Shown here: one piece after another, positions 7,435-15,964 of the stretch
How the letters are laid out: the number at the start of each line of letters is the position of its first letter
How positions within the stretch are numbered: position 1 is the stretch's first letter
Assembly: GCA_028288925.1 (NCBI GenBank)
Contig: JAQGHG010000002.1
Coordinates: 1 to 54,443 of the forward strand
DNA length: 54,443 nt
DNA from: Patescibacteria group bacterium
GTDB lineage: Bacteria; Patescibacteriota; Saccharimonadia; UBA4664
Direction: 5' to 3'
Made by a program: the position numbers and the translations under genes
Notes under the pieces: generated by a model
The model's database searches: none
What the model was told of the DNA's origin: nothing
The model's input: the letters and a program-made list of their open reading frames with translations, nothing else

Positions 7435-9387
7435 TTATAGCAGATTTACGGGGTCGAGGTCGGCGGTCCAATGATCGCCCGGGAGTTGGTTGGCGATAGA
7501 GACGAGGGGAGCGCGGCGGGGGGCTTTGACGGTGATGATCCAGTGGAACTTTTGGGCTTGGTTCTCGAGGAAGGCCGGGGCCGGGCCGAGCACGTCGAGG
7601 CCTTTGGTGCGGCGGAGTTGGTTGGCGAGACCGGTGGCCTCGGTGATGGCGGTGTTTTGGCTAGCGGCCGCGATGGTGAGCTTGAGCAGGTAGACGTAGG
7701 GCGGGTAGCGCAGGGCTTGGCGCTGGGCGAGCTCGGCGGGGGCGAAGCCGGCGTAGTCGGCGGTGGCGGCGGCAATGATGGCCGGGTGGTCGGGGGTGTA
7801 GGTCTGGATGAAGACGCGCCCGGCCCGGTCGCCGCGACCGGCCCGCCCGCTGACCTGGCTGATGAGCTGGAAGGTGCGCTCGGCGGCGGTGTAGTCGGGC
7901 AGGTGGAGCATGGTGTCGGCGCTGACGATGCCGACGGTGTCGATGGCGGGCAGGTCGAGGCCTTTGGCGATCATCTGGGTGCCGATGAGGATGTCGGTCT
8001 GCCCGGCGCGGAGATCGCGGAAGGTGGCCTTGATGTGGCTGAGGGTGGCGGAGTCGCGGTCGAGGCGGGCCAGGCGCGCCTCCGGGAAGAGACGCCCGAT
8101 CTCGGCCTCGACGCGCTTGGTGCCGCCGCCGAGCAGGCGGAGGTTGGCGCCGTGGCATTCGGGGCAGACGGCGGGGCTGGCTTGGCGGAAATTGCAGTGG
8201 TGGCAGATGAGCCGCATGAGGTCGGCGTGGAAGGTGAGGGGGAGCTGGCAATTGGGGCAGATGGTGACGTGGCCGCAGTCGCCGCAGACTTGGCTGGAGG
8301 CGCTGCCGCGGCGGTTGAGGTAGAGCAACGTCTGGCGGCCGGCGGCCATAGTCTCGGTGATTGCATCGAGCAGTGGTTGAGTAATAAATTTGCTCAGCTT
8401 GCGAATATCTTTATTGCGCAAGTCGATGATTGTGGCTCGGGGCTGCGGTAATTTGTTTGCGCGTTGTGTTAATAAAATGTGTTCAACGCGATGATTTTGG
8501 GCCAAAAATAGCTCTCCCAGACCGGGTGTGGCGGAGCCCAAAACCAGCCGGGCGCCGGTATGGCGGGCGCGTTGGGCGGCCGCCGCGACGGCGTGGTAGC
8601 GGGGGTGCTGTTCTTGCTTGTAAGTGGTTTCGTGACATTCATCGACGACGATGAGACCGAGCTGGTGGACGGGCATAAACAGGCACGAGCGGGGGCCGAT
8701 GATAATCCGGGGTTGGCCGGCGGTGGTGGCGGCCATGGCCTCGCTCCAGATGCGGTGGCGGCCGGCCTCGGTGAGTTTGGAGTGGGTAGACAGCACGAGG
8801 CTGCCGAAAGCCGCTTCGAACTGGCTGACGACTTGCGGCGTGAGGGTGATCTCCGGCACCAAGATGATGACCGAACGGCCGGCGGCGAGGGCCTCGGCGG
8901 CAAGCTCAAGGTACAGCCGGGTCTTGCCCGAGCCGGTAACGCCCTGGATGAGGTGGCTGGTATGGGGTGAGGCGCGGATGGCCGCGAGCGCGGCGGCTTG
9001 CTCGGGCGTGAGCGGATGCGTGGGCAGACCCTTGGCCGTGAGGCCGGCCTTGGCGGCTTGGGGCCGGCGCTGCTTGGCGATGCCGGACGGCAGCATGGTG
9101 CTCCAGACGCTGGAGGGGCTGGCCGCGTAGTAGGCGCTGAGCCAGTGCGCCAGCTGGTGGAGCTCGGCGGGGACGGGCGCCAGATCGAGGGCTTCGGCGA
9201 TGGGCTTGGTGGCGAAGGTTGGTTTTTCGACCTCAGACTCCACCACACCCAGCACTTGCCGCCGGCCGATCGGGATGTGGACGATCTGCCCGGCGGGTAG
9301 CTTCCCGGCATGATGATAGGTAAAGGCGGTCGCCTTGCCCGTGTAGGTCAGGGGGGTAATCAGATAGTAATAGCGCGTCTCGCTCAT
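7435..9387 (-). CDS. priA: primosomal protein N' (replication restart helicase PriA)
   Basis: Walker A GVTGSGKT, DExH-type VVDECHE, and two CxxC zinc-binding pairs (CGDCGH..CPNC and CHHCN..CPEC). The start is set at ATG 9387 (MSETRYYYLITPL..). The 92-codon upstream extension of the ORF is low-complexity and runs into the divergent gene at 9458. Confidence 0.9.
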   Translation of the reverse strand: MSETRYYYLITPLTYTGKATAFTYHHAGKLPAGQIVHIPIGRRQVLGVVESEVEKPTFATKPIAEALDLAPVPAELHQLAHWLSAYYAASPSSVWSTMLPSGIAKQRRPQAAKAGLTAKGLPTHPLTPEQAAALAAIRASPHTSHLIQGVTGSGKTRLYLELAAEALAAGRSVIILVPEITLTPQVVSQFEAAFGSLVLSTHSKLTEAGRHRIWSEAMAATTAGQPRIIIGPRSCLFMPVHQLGLIVVDECHETTYKQEQHPRYHAVAAAAQRARHTGARLVLGSATPGLGELFLAQNHRVEHILLTQRANKLPQPRATIIDLRNKDIRKLSKFITQPLLDAITETMAAGRQTLLYLNRRGSASSQVCGDCGHVTICPNCQLPLTFHADLMRLICHHCNFRQASPAVCPECHGANLRLLGGGTKRVEAEIGRLFPEARLARLDRDSATLSHIKATFRDLRAGQTDILIGTQMIAKGLDLPAIDTVGIVSADTMLHLPDYTAAERTFQLISQVSGRAGRGDRAGRVFIQTYTPDHPAIIAAATADYAGFAPAELAQRQALRYPPYVYLLKLTIAAASQNTAITEATGLANQLRRTKGLDVLGPAPAFLENQAQKFHWIITVKAPRRAPLVSIANQLPGDHWTADLDPVNLL

Positions 9388-9442
9388 GGCATCAGTATAA
9401 CCACTAATGAACCGTGAGATAGTAGGCGTGAGGCATCGCCCC

Positions 9443-9451
9443 TGATACAAT
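9443..9451 (+). promoter_or_regulatory. extended -10 (TGaTACAAT) placed for a leaderless transcript
   Basis: TG at 9443-9444 and TACAAT at 9446-9451. ATG 9458 follows after 6 nt with no SD in between. Confidence 0.4.
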
Positions 9452-9457
9452 ACGCTT

Positions 9458-10114
9458 ATGTATTTCCATGACCGCGCCGAGGCGGGAGACAAACTAGCCG
9501 ACGAGTTAATGGAATATCGTTGGGAAAATACCGCTGTGCTGGCACTTTCACCCGGCGGTGTGGTGGTAGGCGAGCAGATCGCGCGGCGGCTGCATTGTAC
9601 GTTGTCCCTGCTGCTAACCTCGCGCATTACGGCGCCGGGGGATGAGAGCTTGGTGATTGGCACGATCGATCAGACGGGCGTATTTACCTACAATTCCATG
9701 ATCGCGACCGGCGAGATGGAGGAATACATGCAGGATATGCGCAACTACGTGGAAGAACAGAAGCTGCGGCATATGTACGAGATGGCGACCGTGGTGGGGG
9801 AACATGGCCTCACGGACCCGGCCCAGCTGGCCGGCCGCAATGTCATTATCGCGACGGATGGGGTAAAGAACGGCCTATCGTTTGACGCGGCTCTACATTA
9901 TCTAGAACACATCAAGGTAGAAAAAACGATCGCGGCGGTGCCGGTGGGCCCGGGCGAGGTGATCGAGCGGCTGCACGGGCGGGTGGATGAGATGCATTAT
10001 CTCTATATTCCGGAGAGCTTCTTCACGGTGTCGCATTATTATACTGACGAAGACAAGATTGAGCCGGATTCGGTGATGGAGCGGATCGATAATGTAGTGG
10101 CGCGGTGGATTTAG
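9458..10114 (+). CDS. phosphoribosyltransferase-family protein
   Basis: 218 aa. PRTase-type core (AVLALSPGGVVVGEQIA and the PRPP-loop-like NVIIATDGVKNGLS). Resembles the stand-alone putative phosphoribosyltransferases of Gram-positives. Confidence 0.7.
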   Translation: MYFHDRAEAGDKLADELMEYRWENTAVLALSPGGVVVGEQIARRLHCTLSLLLTSRITAPGDESLVIGTIDQTGVFTYNSMIATGEMEEYMQDMRNYVEEQKLRHMYEMATVVGEHGLTDPAQLAGRNVIIATDGVKNGLSFDAALHYLEHIKVEKTIAAVPVGPGEVIERLHGRVDEMHYLYIPESFFTVSHYYTDEDKIEPDSVMERIDNVVARWI

Positions 10115-10153
10115 GCCGGCCCTAATTGACGCGCTCAACGGATTAGCGCTATA

Positions 10154-11479
10154 GTGCGGGGAGTTATGAGTTTACGACTGAAATTTGGACTGATTCTGCT
10201 GTTGGCGGTCGTGACGGCGGCTATTGCGATTCCGCGCGAAGACGTGATATTGCAAACCTTGGGCTTGAAGAAGGCCAGGTTGAGCGTGAAGCAAGGGCTC
10301 GATCTGCAGGGCGGCGCCCAACTGGTATTCCAGGCTGATCTGAGTAAAACTCCGAGCGGGCAGCGGCAGCAGGCGCTGGATTCGCTCATCACGGTGATTC
10401 AGAAACGCGCCGACTTCGGCGGCACGAGCGAGATCGTCGTACAGCGGCAGGGGAGCGACCGGGTGAGCGTGAGCTTGCCGGGGGTAAAGGACGTAAATGA
10501 CGCGATCGAGCGGATCGGCAAGACCGCCAATCTGGAATTTGTGACGGTAGACCCGCAGACCGGGGCGCAGACGCCGACCGGCATCGACGGCAAGGATGTG
10601 GATTCGGCCACGGCCGACTATGATCCGCAGCGGTCTCAGCCGGTGGTGCGGCTCAAGCTCAAGAGCGGCGATGCCACCAAGCGCTTCGGCGAGCTTACGA
10701 CCAAGTTGAGCCAGAGCGGCGCGTTGCTCCTGACGTTGCTGGATGGGCAGCCGACCTTCGGCCCGGCCCGCACCGAGCCGATTAACGACGGCAACGCCAT
10801 ACTCTCGGGCAACCTGGATATCAAGGGGGCCAAGAAGATCGCCGAAGAGATTACGGCCGGCGCTTTGCCCGTGCCGATCACGCTCGTAGAGCAGCGAACG
10901 GTCGGCCCGACATTGGGCAAGGAGAGCGTACAGCATTCGTTGTTGGCCGGCATCATTGGTCTGGGTGTGGTGGCTATATTCATGGTCACTTATTACCGGT
11001 TGGCAGGCGTGTTGGCGGTGTTAGCCTTGGGCATTTACACGACTCTTACCATCGTACTGTACAAGCTCAGCGCGCTTTTGCCCGGCTACACGATAGTGCT
11101 GACGTTGGCGGGGATTGCCGGATTTATCTTGAGTATTGGTATGGCGGTGGACGCCAACATCCTGATCTTTGAGCGTATGAAGGAAGAGCTGCGGGCCGGC
11201 AAGAGCTTCGTGGCTGCCACGGAGGCGGCGTTTGACCGGGCTTGGACGAGTATTCGCGACTCCAACGTGTCGACGCTCATTACCTGCGCGATTCTGTTTA
11301 TGACCTCGAGCTCGACGCCGATTATTCGCGGATTCGCGGTGACGCTGGGCTTGGGCGTGCTGGTGTCGATGTTTACGGCGGTAGTGGTGACGCGCACCCT
11401 GCTACGCCTGGCAATTCGCCAGCCGTGGGGCCGCCACCCGCGGTGGTATGGCGTGAGACTTCCGGAGGATCAAGCATGA
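10154..11479 (+). CDS. secD: protein translocase subunit SecD
   Basis: 441 aa. N-terminal TM, large exported domain, C-terminal 5-TM block (..GIAGFILSIGMAVDANILIFERMKEE..). The stop overlaps the secF start (ATGA at 11476-11479). The start may be ATG 10166 instead of GTG 10154. Confidence 0.93.
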   Translation: MRGVMSLRLKFGLILLLAVVTAAIAIPREDVILQTLGLKKARLSVKQGLDLQGGAQLVFQADLSKTPSGQRQQALDSLITVIQKRADFGGTSEIVVQRQGSDRVSVSLPGVKDVNDAIERIGKTANLEFVTVDPQTGAQTPTGIDGKDVDSATADYDPQRSQPVVRLKLKSGDATKRFGELTTKLSQSGALLLTLLDGQPTFGPARTEPINDGNAILSGNLDIKGAKKIAEEITAGALPVPITLVEQRTVGPTLGKESVQHSLLAGIIGLGVVAIFMVTYYRLAGVLAVLALGIYTTLTIVLYKLSALLPGYTIVLTLAGIAGFILSIGMAVDANILIFERMKEELRAGKSFVAATEAAFDRAWTSIRDSNVSTLITCAILFMTSSSTPIIRGFAVTLGLGVLVSMFTAVVVTRTLLRLAIRQPWGRHPRWYGVRLPEDQA

Positions 11480-12423
11480 ACAACCAACCGCGAACGCTGA
11501 ATATCATTGGTAAACGCCGGTTTTGGTATGCGATCTCACTAATTATGATCGTGCCCGGTCTTATCTCGCTGCTGACGTTTGGGCTCAAGCTGGGCATTGA
11601 CTTCAACTCCGGCCAGCTCAGCGTGGTCCGGGGTAATGTGACCGCCAACAGGGTAGACGGGGCGGCCCGTGGTTTGGGGTTCCAGGACATCAAGGTGGTA
11701 CCGAGCGGCTCCAACGAGACGCAGATCCGGTTCCGCGACCCCGCACCGCAAGCGGCTCACGAGGCAAACCACCAGAAGTTTAAGACGGCTCTGGTGGCGC
11801 GGAATATCACCGAACTGTCGTTTGATTCGGTGGGGCCGACGGTGTCGAGCGCCATCGCCCGCAACGCCATCGTGAGCTTGGTGCTGGTGTCGCTGGCGAT
11901 CGTGTTATACGTGGCGTGGGCATTTCGCAACACGCCACCGCCGGTGTCGCCGTGGGGTTTTGGCATTATGGCCATCGCGGCGCTGCTGCACGACGCGCTG
12001 TTCGTGCTCGGTGTGTTCTCGCTGCTGGGGCACTTCTTTGGGGTGGAGATCGACGCGCTGTTCGTGACGGCTATTTTGACCGTAATCGGCTTCTCGGTGC
12101 ACGACACGATCGTGGTATTTGACCGCATCCGGGAGAATCTGCGGCGCGAGCGGGGAGACTTCGAGACGATTGTGAATCACTCCATCTTGGAGACGATCGG
12201 GCGGTCTATTAATACGTCCTTGACGGTGCTTTTGACCTTGCTGGCGCTCTTCCTCTTCGGTGGGCAAAGCATTCGGATGTTTGTGCTGGCACTGCTGATC
12301 GGTATTGCTTCGGGGACGTATTCCTCGATCTTTAATGCTTCGCCGCTGCTAGTGACGTTGCACAATTGGCGGTTGAGGCGGATGGAGAAAGAGCGGGTGG
12401 GGTTGAAGCCGAAGAAAGGGTAG
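11476..12423 (+). CDS. secF: protein translocase subunit SecF
   Basis: Start set at ATG 11476 (MNNQPRTLNIIGKRRFWYAISL..). C-terminal TM block has VHDTIVVFDRIRENL. The upstream part of the 393-aa ORF overlaps secD. Confidence 0.92.
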   Translation: MNNQPRTLNIIGKRRFWYAISLIMIVPGLISLLTFGLKLGIDFNSGQLSVVRGNVTANRVDGAARGLGFQDIKVVPSGSNETQIRFRDPAPQAAHEANHQKFKTALVARNITELSFDSVGPTVSSAIARNAIVSLVLVSLAIVLYVAWAFRNTPPPVSPWGFGIMAIAALLHDALFVLGVFSLLGHFFGVEIDALFVTAILTVIGFSVHDTIVVFDRIRENLRRERGDFETIVNHSILETIGRSINTSLTVLLTLLALFLFGGQSIRMFVLALLIGIASGTYSSIFNASPLLVTLHNWRLRRMEKERVGLKPKKG

Positions 12424-12442
12424 TCTACCTTCCTGGACGAAA

Positions 12443-12470
12443 GAAACCCCGCACTCACGTGCGGGGTTTC
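12443..12470. terminator. bidirectional hairpin terminator between convergent genes
   Basis: GAAACCCCGCAC-TCAC-GTGCGGGGTTTC is a perfect 12-bp stem, followed by TGGTTTGG on the + strand. Confidence 0.75.
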
Positions 12471-12538
12471 TGGTTTGGATAATTGCGAGGTGGGACCTCC
12501 GCGGAGCGCGAGCTCTGCGAAGGTCCGTACCATCGAGG

Positions 12539-13258
12539 TCAGGCGGCGGCGATGAGCGCCTGGATGTTGCTGACTAGCTCCGGGGAGCCCGGAGTCAGGT
12601 CGCCGTTGGTGGCTGCCCGTTCGGCAAAGAACAGGACCAGGGTCTGCCCGGTCCCGATCACGGTGTAGCGGTTGTCGTTGATCTTCGTCACCGTAGCCGG
12701 TTTGCAGGCTCCGTTGGTGCAGATGGCTGCCACCGATGACAGTTCCGGGTAGAGGGTGCCGTTGGGGCGGGTGCCGTTCACGGGCGCGGTGTTGACCTTG
12801 TAGGTGAACGTTCCGTCGTCGTAGTTGCCGGCGAGGGTGACGCCGAGGACTCCATTGGTCTTGCCGAGCGGGCCGTTGTTGACCTGCCGGTATGATGCTT
12901 CCGGCCGGTGCCGGTCTGCGGTAATCACGATAGCGCTCACGGGGACGTTGCTGTACGACGCGGGGGGCCAGGCGGCGTGGGACTTGCCGCCGCCCCCGAC
13001 GAAGGCGATGCCGACTACCACCGCCATGATGGCGATGAGGGAGACGAAGAAGATGCGGGTGTTGCGCTGCCCCCGCGCTGTGCGGTCGGCTCGTGCCAGG
13101 TTGCGCTCGCGTTCGCGGACGTACCTCTCCTCTGCGTAGTCGCGCTCGATGGGGAGTCCGAACCTGTCTTCCGGTACGTTGTTCACGAGGTGCCTCTCTA
13201 GGCTCGATGGGTTTTCAAGGCGTCGTTTGAGCAGGATTGCTCTTTCGACTGAATACAT
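12539..13258 (-). CDS. hypothetical single-pass membrane protein
   Basis: Start placed at ATG 13258 (MYSVERAILL..). Charged N-terminal region, TM helix IFFVSLIAIMAVVVGIAFVGG, then an exported beta-rich domain. No family recognised. Confidence 0.6.
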   Translation of the reverse strand: MYSVERAILLKRRLENPSSLERHLVNNVPEDRFGLPIERDYAEERYVRERERNLARADRTARGQRNTRIFFVSLIAIMAVVVGIAFVGGGGKSHAAWPPASYSNVPVSAIVITADRHRPEASYRQVNNGPLGKTNGVLGVTLAGNYDDGTFTYKVNTAPVNGTRPNGTLYPELSSVAAICTNGACKPATVTKINDNRYTVIGTGQTLVLFFAERAATNGDLTPGSPELVSNIQALIAAA

Positions 13259-13380
13259 GTTACAACATATTCCCTTATATGTCAAGGGGATTTGGGCAAA
13301 AGCCGTTGTAAAATACACTTGCATTACGCTTATGGCTGGGGTAGAGTCAAATTAACAACACCAACTAAAAACAAAAACTT

Positions 13381-13665
13381 ATGTTAGAACTCTTTATAAC
13401 GTCGAAAACCCGGCGGAAAATTATCGTAATATATACCAAGTATCCCGATTTCCGGATGCACGTGCGGGGTCTCGCCAAGATGATCAAAGAGGACCCGGGC
13501 AATGTGCAGAGAGAGCTCAAGCGGCTCGCGGAAGTCGGTTTTGTGAAAGTGACCAACGAGGGAAACTCCAAAGTCTACGCGGCCAATCCGAAATTCGCGC
13601 TATACCGCGAGCTGCAGGGTCTGGTGCTCAAGAGCCAGGCACGGCGGGGGAGACCGACGGTATGA
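13381..13665 (+). CDS. small winged-helix (ArsR/MarR-like) DNA-binding protein
   Basis: 94 aa. HTH-like segment VRGLAKMIKEDPGNVQRELKRLAEVGFVKVTNEGNSKVY. Confidence 0.55.
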   Translation: MLELFITSKTRRKIIVIYTKYPDFRMHVRGLAKMIKEDPGNVQRELKRLAEVGFVKVTNEGNSKVYAANPKFALYRELQGLVLKSQARRGRPTV

Positions 13666-13808
13666 GACGGATTTTGGATACTATCTTGGCCCGCAACCCC
13701 CGGCGGCCGATTTACCGGCCCAAGGCTACGTACCGGGCGCCGGAGCCGCCGATTGGGTTTGTGCCGCGCAGCGACCCGAATTTTTACTTTTTGAGCCGGA
13801 AATTTTAG
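13662..13808 (+). CDS. possible 48-aa coupled micro-ORF
   Basis: ATG 13662 overlaps the TGA of the preceding gene (ATGA). Translation MRRILDTILARNPRRPIYRPKATYRAPEPPIGFVPRSDPNFYFLSRKF, with TAG at 13806-13808. It is below the ORF-track length cut-off and has no homology evidence. Confidence 0.25.
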   Translation: MRRILDTILARNPRRPIYRPKATYRAPEPPIGFVPRSDPNFYFLSRKF

Positions 13809-13817
13809 CAGCTGGCA

Positions 13818-14291
13818 ATGCGGGCGAGATCTAAGCTTCACCGGTATTTACACCAGGTACTGCATCATACTGAGTTTGGGTTTTGGGCGGGTGTTCCTAT
13901 ATTGGTATTCGCGGTAGTGGCGGCATTGTTGGGACTGATCGTGAATTTAATGTATGTGTACGCGCATCCCAATGTGAATATCGGCGGCGTGGACCCGGTG
14001 ACGACGTTTGTGGTAGGTATAGCGATGGTCTGGGTATGCGGGTATTTATTGAGGGGTCTGCGCCGGAGGAGCGTATGGGCGGCGGTGGGTCTGATAGTGG
14101 CCATGCCGTTGTTGTATGTATTGACGGTAGAGGGGCTGGTGACGGCGGTCGCGGGTGAGCAGACTTACTTTGCTAATCATTGGCGCGAGAGTTTGAACCT
14201 GGAAGTGCTGCCGGCTAGTGTGTTGGTGGCGCTGTATGGGACGCAGGCGCTAGGAGTGGTGCGGGAACGGTTTCGGCGGTTGCGGCTGTAA
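13818..14291 (+). CDS. hypothetical 4-TM membrane protein
   Basis: 157 aa with four hydrophobic helices (e.g. WAGVPILVFAVVAALLGLIV and VVGIAMVWVCGYLL). Confidence 0.6.
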   Translation: MRARSKLHRYLHQVLHHTEFGFWAGVPILVFAVVAALLGLIVNLMYVYAHPNVNIGGVDPVTTFVVGIAMVWVCGYLLRGLRRRSVWAAVGLIVAMPLLYVLTVEGLVTAVAGEQTYFANHWRESLNLEVLPASVLVALYGTQALGVVRERFRRLRL

Positions 14292-14302
14292 GCTTTTACG
14301 CC

Positions 14303-14311
14303 TGGTATACT
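14303..14311 (+). promoter_or_regulatory. extended -10 (TGgTATACT) placed for a leaderless recJ transcript
   Basis: TG at 14303-14304 and TATACT at 14306-14311. ATG 14318 follows after 6 nt (GGGGCT). Confidence 0.4.
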
Positions 14312-14317
14312 GGGGCT

Positions 14318-15964
14318 ATGAATGGCCAGGAAATTCCGGACATCGTGACGCAGATTTTGACCCGGCGAGGAATGGCGCCCGAGGAGATGGCGGCTTTTGT
14401 GTATCCGCAGTACGACGAGCATTTGCATGATCCGTTTTTGTTGAGCGATATGGAGCCGGCAGTGGCACGCATTATGGCGGCGGCGGAGGCCGGTGAGCGG
14501 GTGGTGGTGTATGGCGATTATGATATCGATGGGATCACGGCCAGCGCCGTGATGATCGAAGGGCTGGCGGCGCTGGGTCTGACGGCTACGAGCTATATTC
14601 CTGACCGGTTTGAGGAAGGGTACGGGATCAATCAAGACGCGTTGGAGAAGCTGAAGGCGCAGGGCGTGGGCTTGGTGATTAGCGTGGACTGCGGGATCAC
14701 GAGTGTGCGGGAGGCGGCGTGGGCGCGGGAGCATGGGCTAGATTTGATCATTACCGACCACCACGCGGCGCCGCCGGAGATTCCCGAGGCGATCGCGGTG
14801 ATTAACCCGAAGCGAGCGGATGATGGCTACCCGTTTAAGGATTTGTGCGGGGCCGGGGTGGCCTTCAAGGTAGTGCAGGCGTTGCAGCTGCGGACGGGCA
14901 AGCCGGCGGCGGGCCAGGAGAAGTGGCTGCTGGATCTGGTGGCGCTGGGTACGGTGTGCGACGTGGTGACGCTGGTGGGGGAGAACCGGGTGCTGGCGAG
15001 CTACGGCCTGCGGGTGATGCGCCGTACGCGGCGGGTGGGCCTGCGGGCTCTGGCGAACGTGGGCGGCGTGGATATCGCACAGATTTCGGCGCACCACCTG
15101 GGATTTGTGCTGGGGCCGCGCATGAACGCGGCCGGCCGGCTGGAGCATGCCGCGCGTAGCCTGGAACTGGTGGCTACGAGCGACGCGGCGCGGGCCGCGG
15201 CCATAGCCGAGGAGCTGGATGTGCTGAATCGGCAGCGGCGGGCGGACCAAGACACGATCTTCGCGGCGGCCGATGAGATGGCGGCGGCTTACGCGGATGA
15301 TCCGGTGCTCTTGGTGGCCGATCCGGGCTGGTCGCACGGCGTGGTGGGAATTGTAGCGAGCAAGCTGGTGGAGAAATGGCAAAAGCCGGTGTTGGTGGCG
15401 CAGGTAATGGGCGAGAGCACCAAGGGCTCGGCGCGGAGCTACGGGGCCTTCAATATGGTGGAGGCGCTGCGGGCTAATGAGGGCCTCCTGACGAAATTTG
15501 GCGGGCACTTCTTCGCGGCGGGGTATACGCTGCCGACCGCTAGCTTGGACGCTTTGCGCGTGGGGTTGAATGAACATTTCTTGAGCTCGGACGCGCAGAG
15601 CTATGAGGTCCCGGTAAAGGTGGCGGATGTGCGGCTGGACGACTTGGAGATGGCGGACTGGCCCCTGCTGGAGCATTTGGAGCTCCTGGAGCCATACGGC
15701 AGCGGTAATCCACGGCCGTTGCTGGAGGTGCCGGGTTTGGTGGTGGAGCGGCTGAGCAAGATTGGCAAGGATGGGCGGCATATGCGGCTAGGCTTGCGGG
15801 ATGCGAGCGGGCGGCGATTGGCGGCGATTGGATTTGGCCTGGTGGCTCGTTATCCGGAGGTGCGGGAGGGCCAGCGTTTGACGGTTTTGGGCGAGTTGAA
15901 CAAGAATGAGTACCAGGGCAGGAGCAGTCTTCAGCTAGGGTTGAGCGAGTTAAGTCATGAATAA
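14318..15964 (+). CDS. recJ: single-stranded-DNA-specific exonuclease RecJ
   Basis: 548 aa. DHH motifs VVVYGDYDIDGITAS, SVDCG and ITDHH, plus the DHHA1 motif GGHFFAAG. Confidence 0.93.
   Translation: MNGQEIPDIVTQILTRRGMAPEEMAAFVYPQYDEHLHDPFLLSDMEPAVARIMAAAEAGERVVVYGDYDIDGITASAVMIEGLAALGLTATSYIPDRFEEGYGINQDALEKLKAQGVGLVISVDCGITSVREAAWAREHGLDLIITDHHAAPPEIPEAIAVINPKRADDGYPFKDLCGAGVAFKVVQALQLRTGKPAAGQEKWLLDLVALGTVCDVVTLVGENRVLASYGLRVMRRTRRVGLRALANVGGVDIAQISAHHLGFVLGPRMNAAGRLEHAARSLELVATSDAARAAAIAEELDVLNRQRRADQDTIFAAADEMAAAYADDPVLLVADPGWSHGVVGIVASKLVEKWQKPVLVAQVMGESTKGSARSYGAFNMVEALRANEGLLTKFGGHFFAAGYTLPTASLDALRVGLNEHFLSSDAQSYEVPVKVADVRLDDLEMADWPLLEHLELLEPYGSGNPRPLLEVPGLVVERLSKIGKDGRHMRLGLRDASGRRLAAIGFGLVARYPEVREGQRLTVLGELNKNEYQGRSSLQLGLSELSHE

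Noticed and set aside
7446-9311. Several 100-330-aa ORFs on both strands inside priA (7471-8451 +, 7661-8251 -, 8469-9311 -, and others)
   Set aside because: They overlap the well-supported priA frame and are Arg/Pro/Gly/Ala-rich low-complexity translations.
10172-10936. 254-aa minus-strand ORF inside secD
   Set aside because: It is an antisense shadow with Arg/Leu/Gln/His-rich composition, and secD is well supported.
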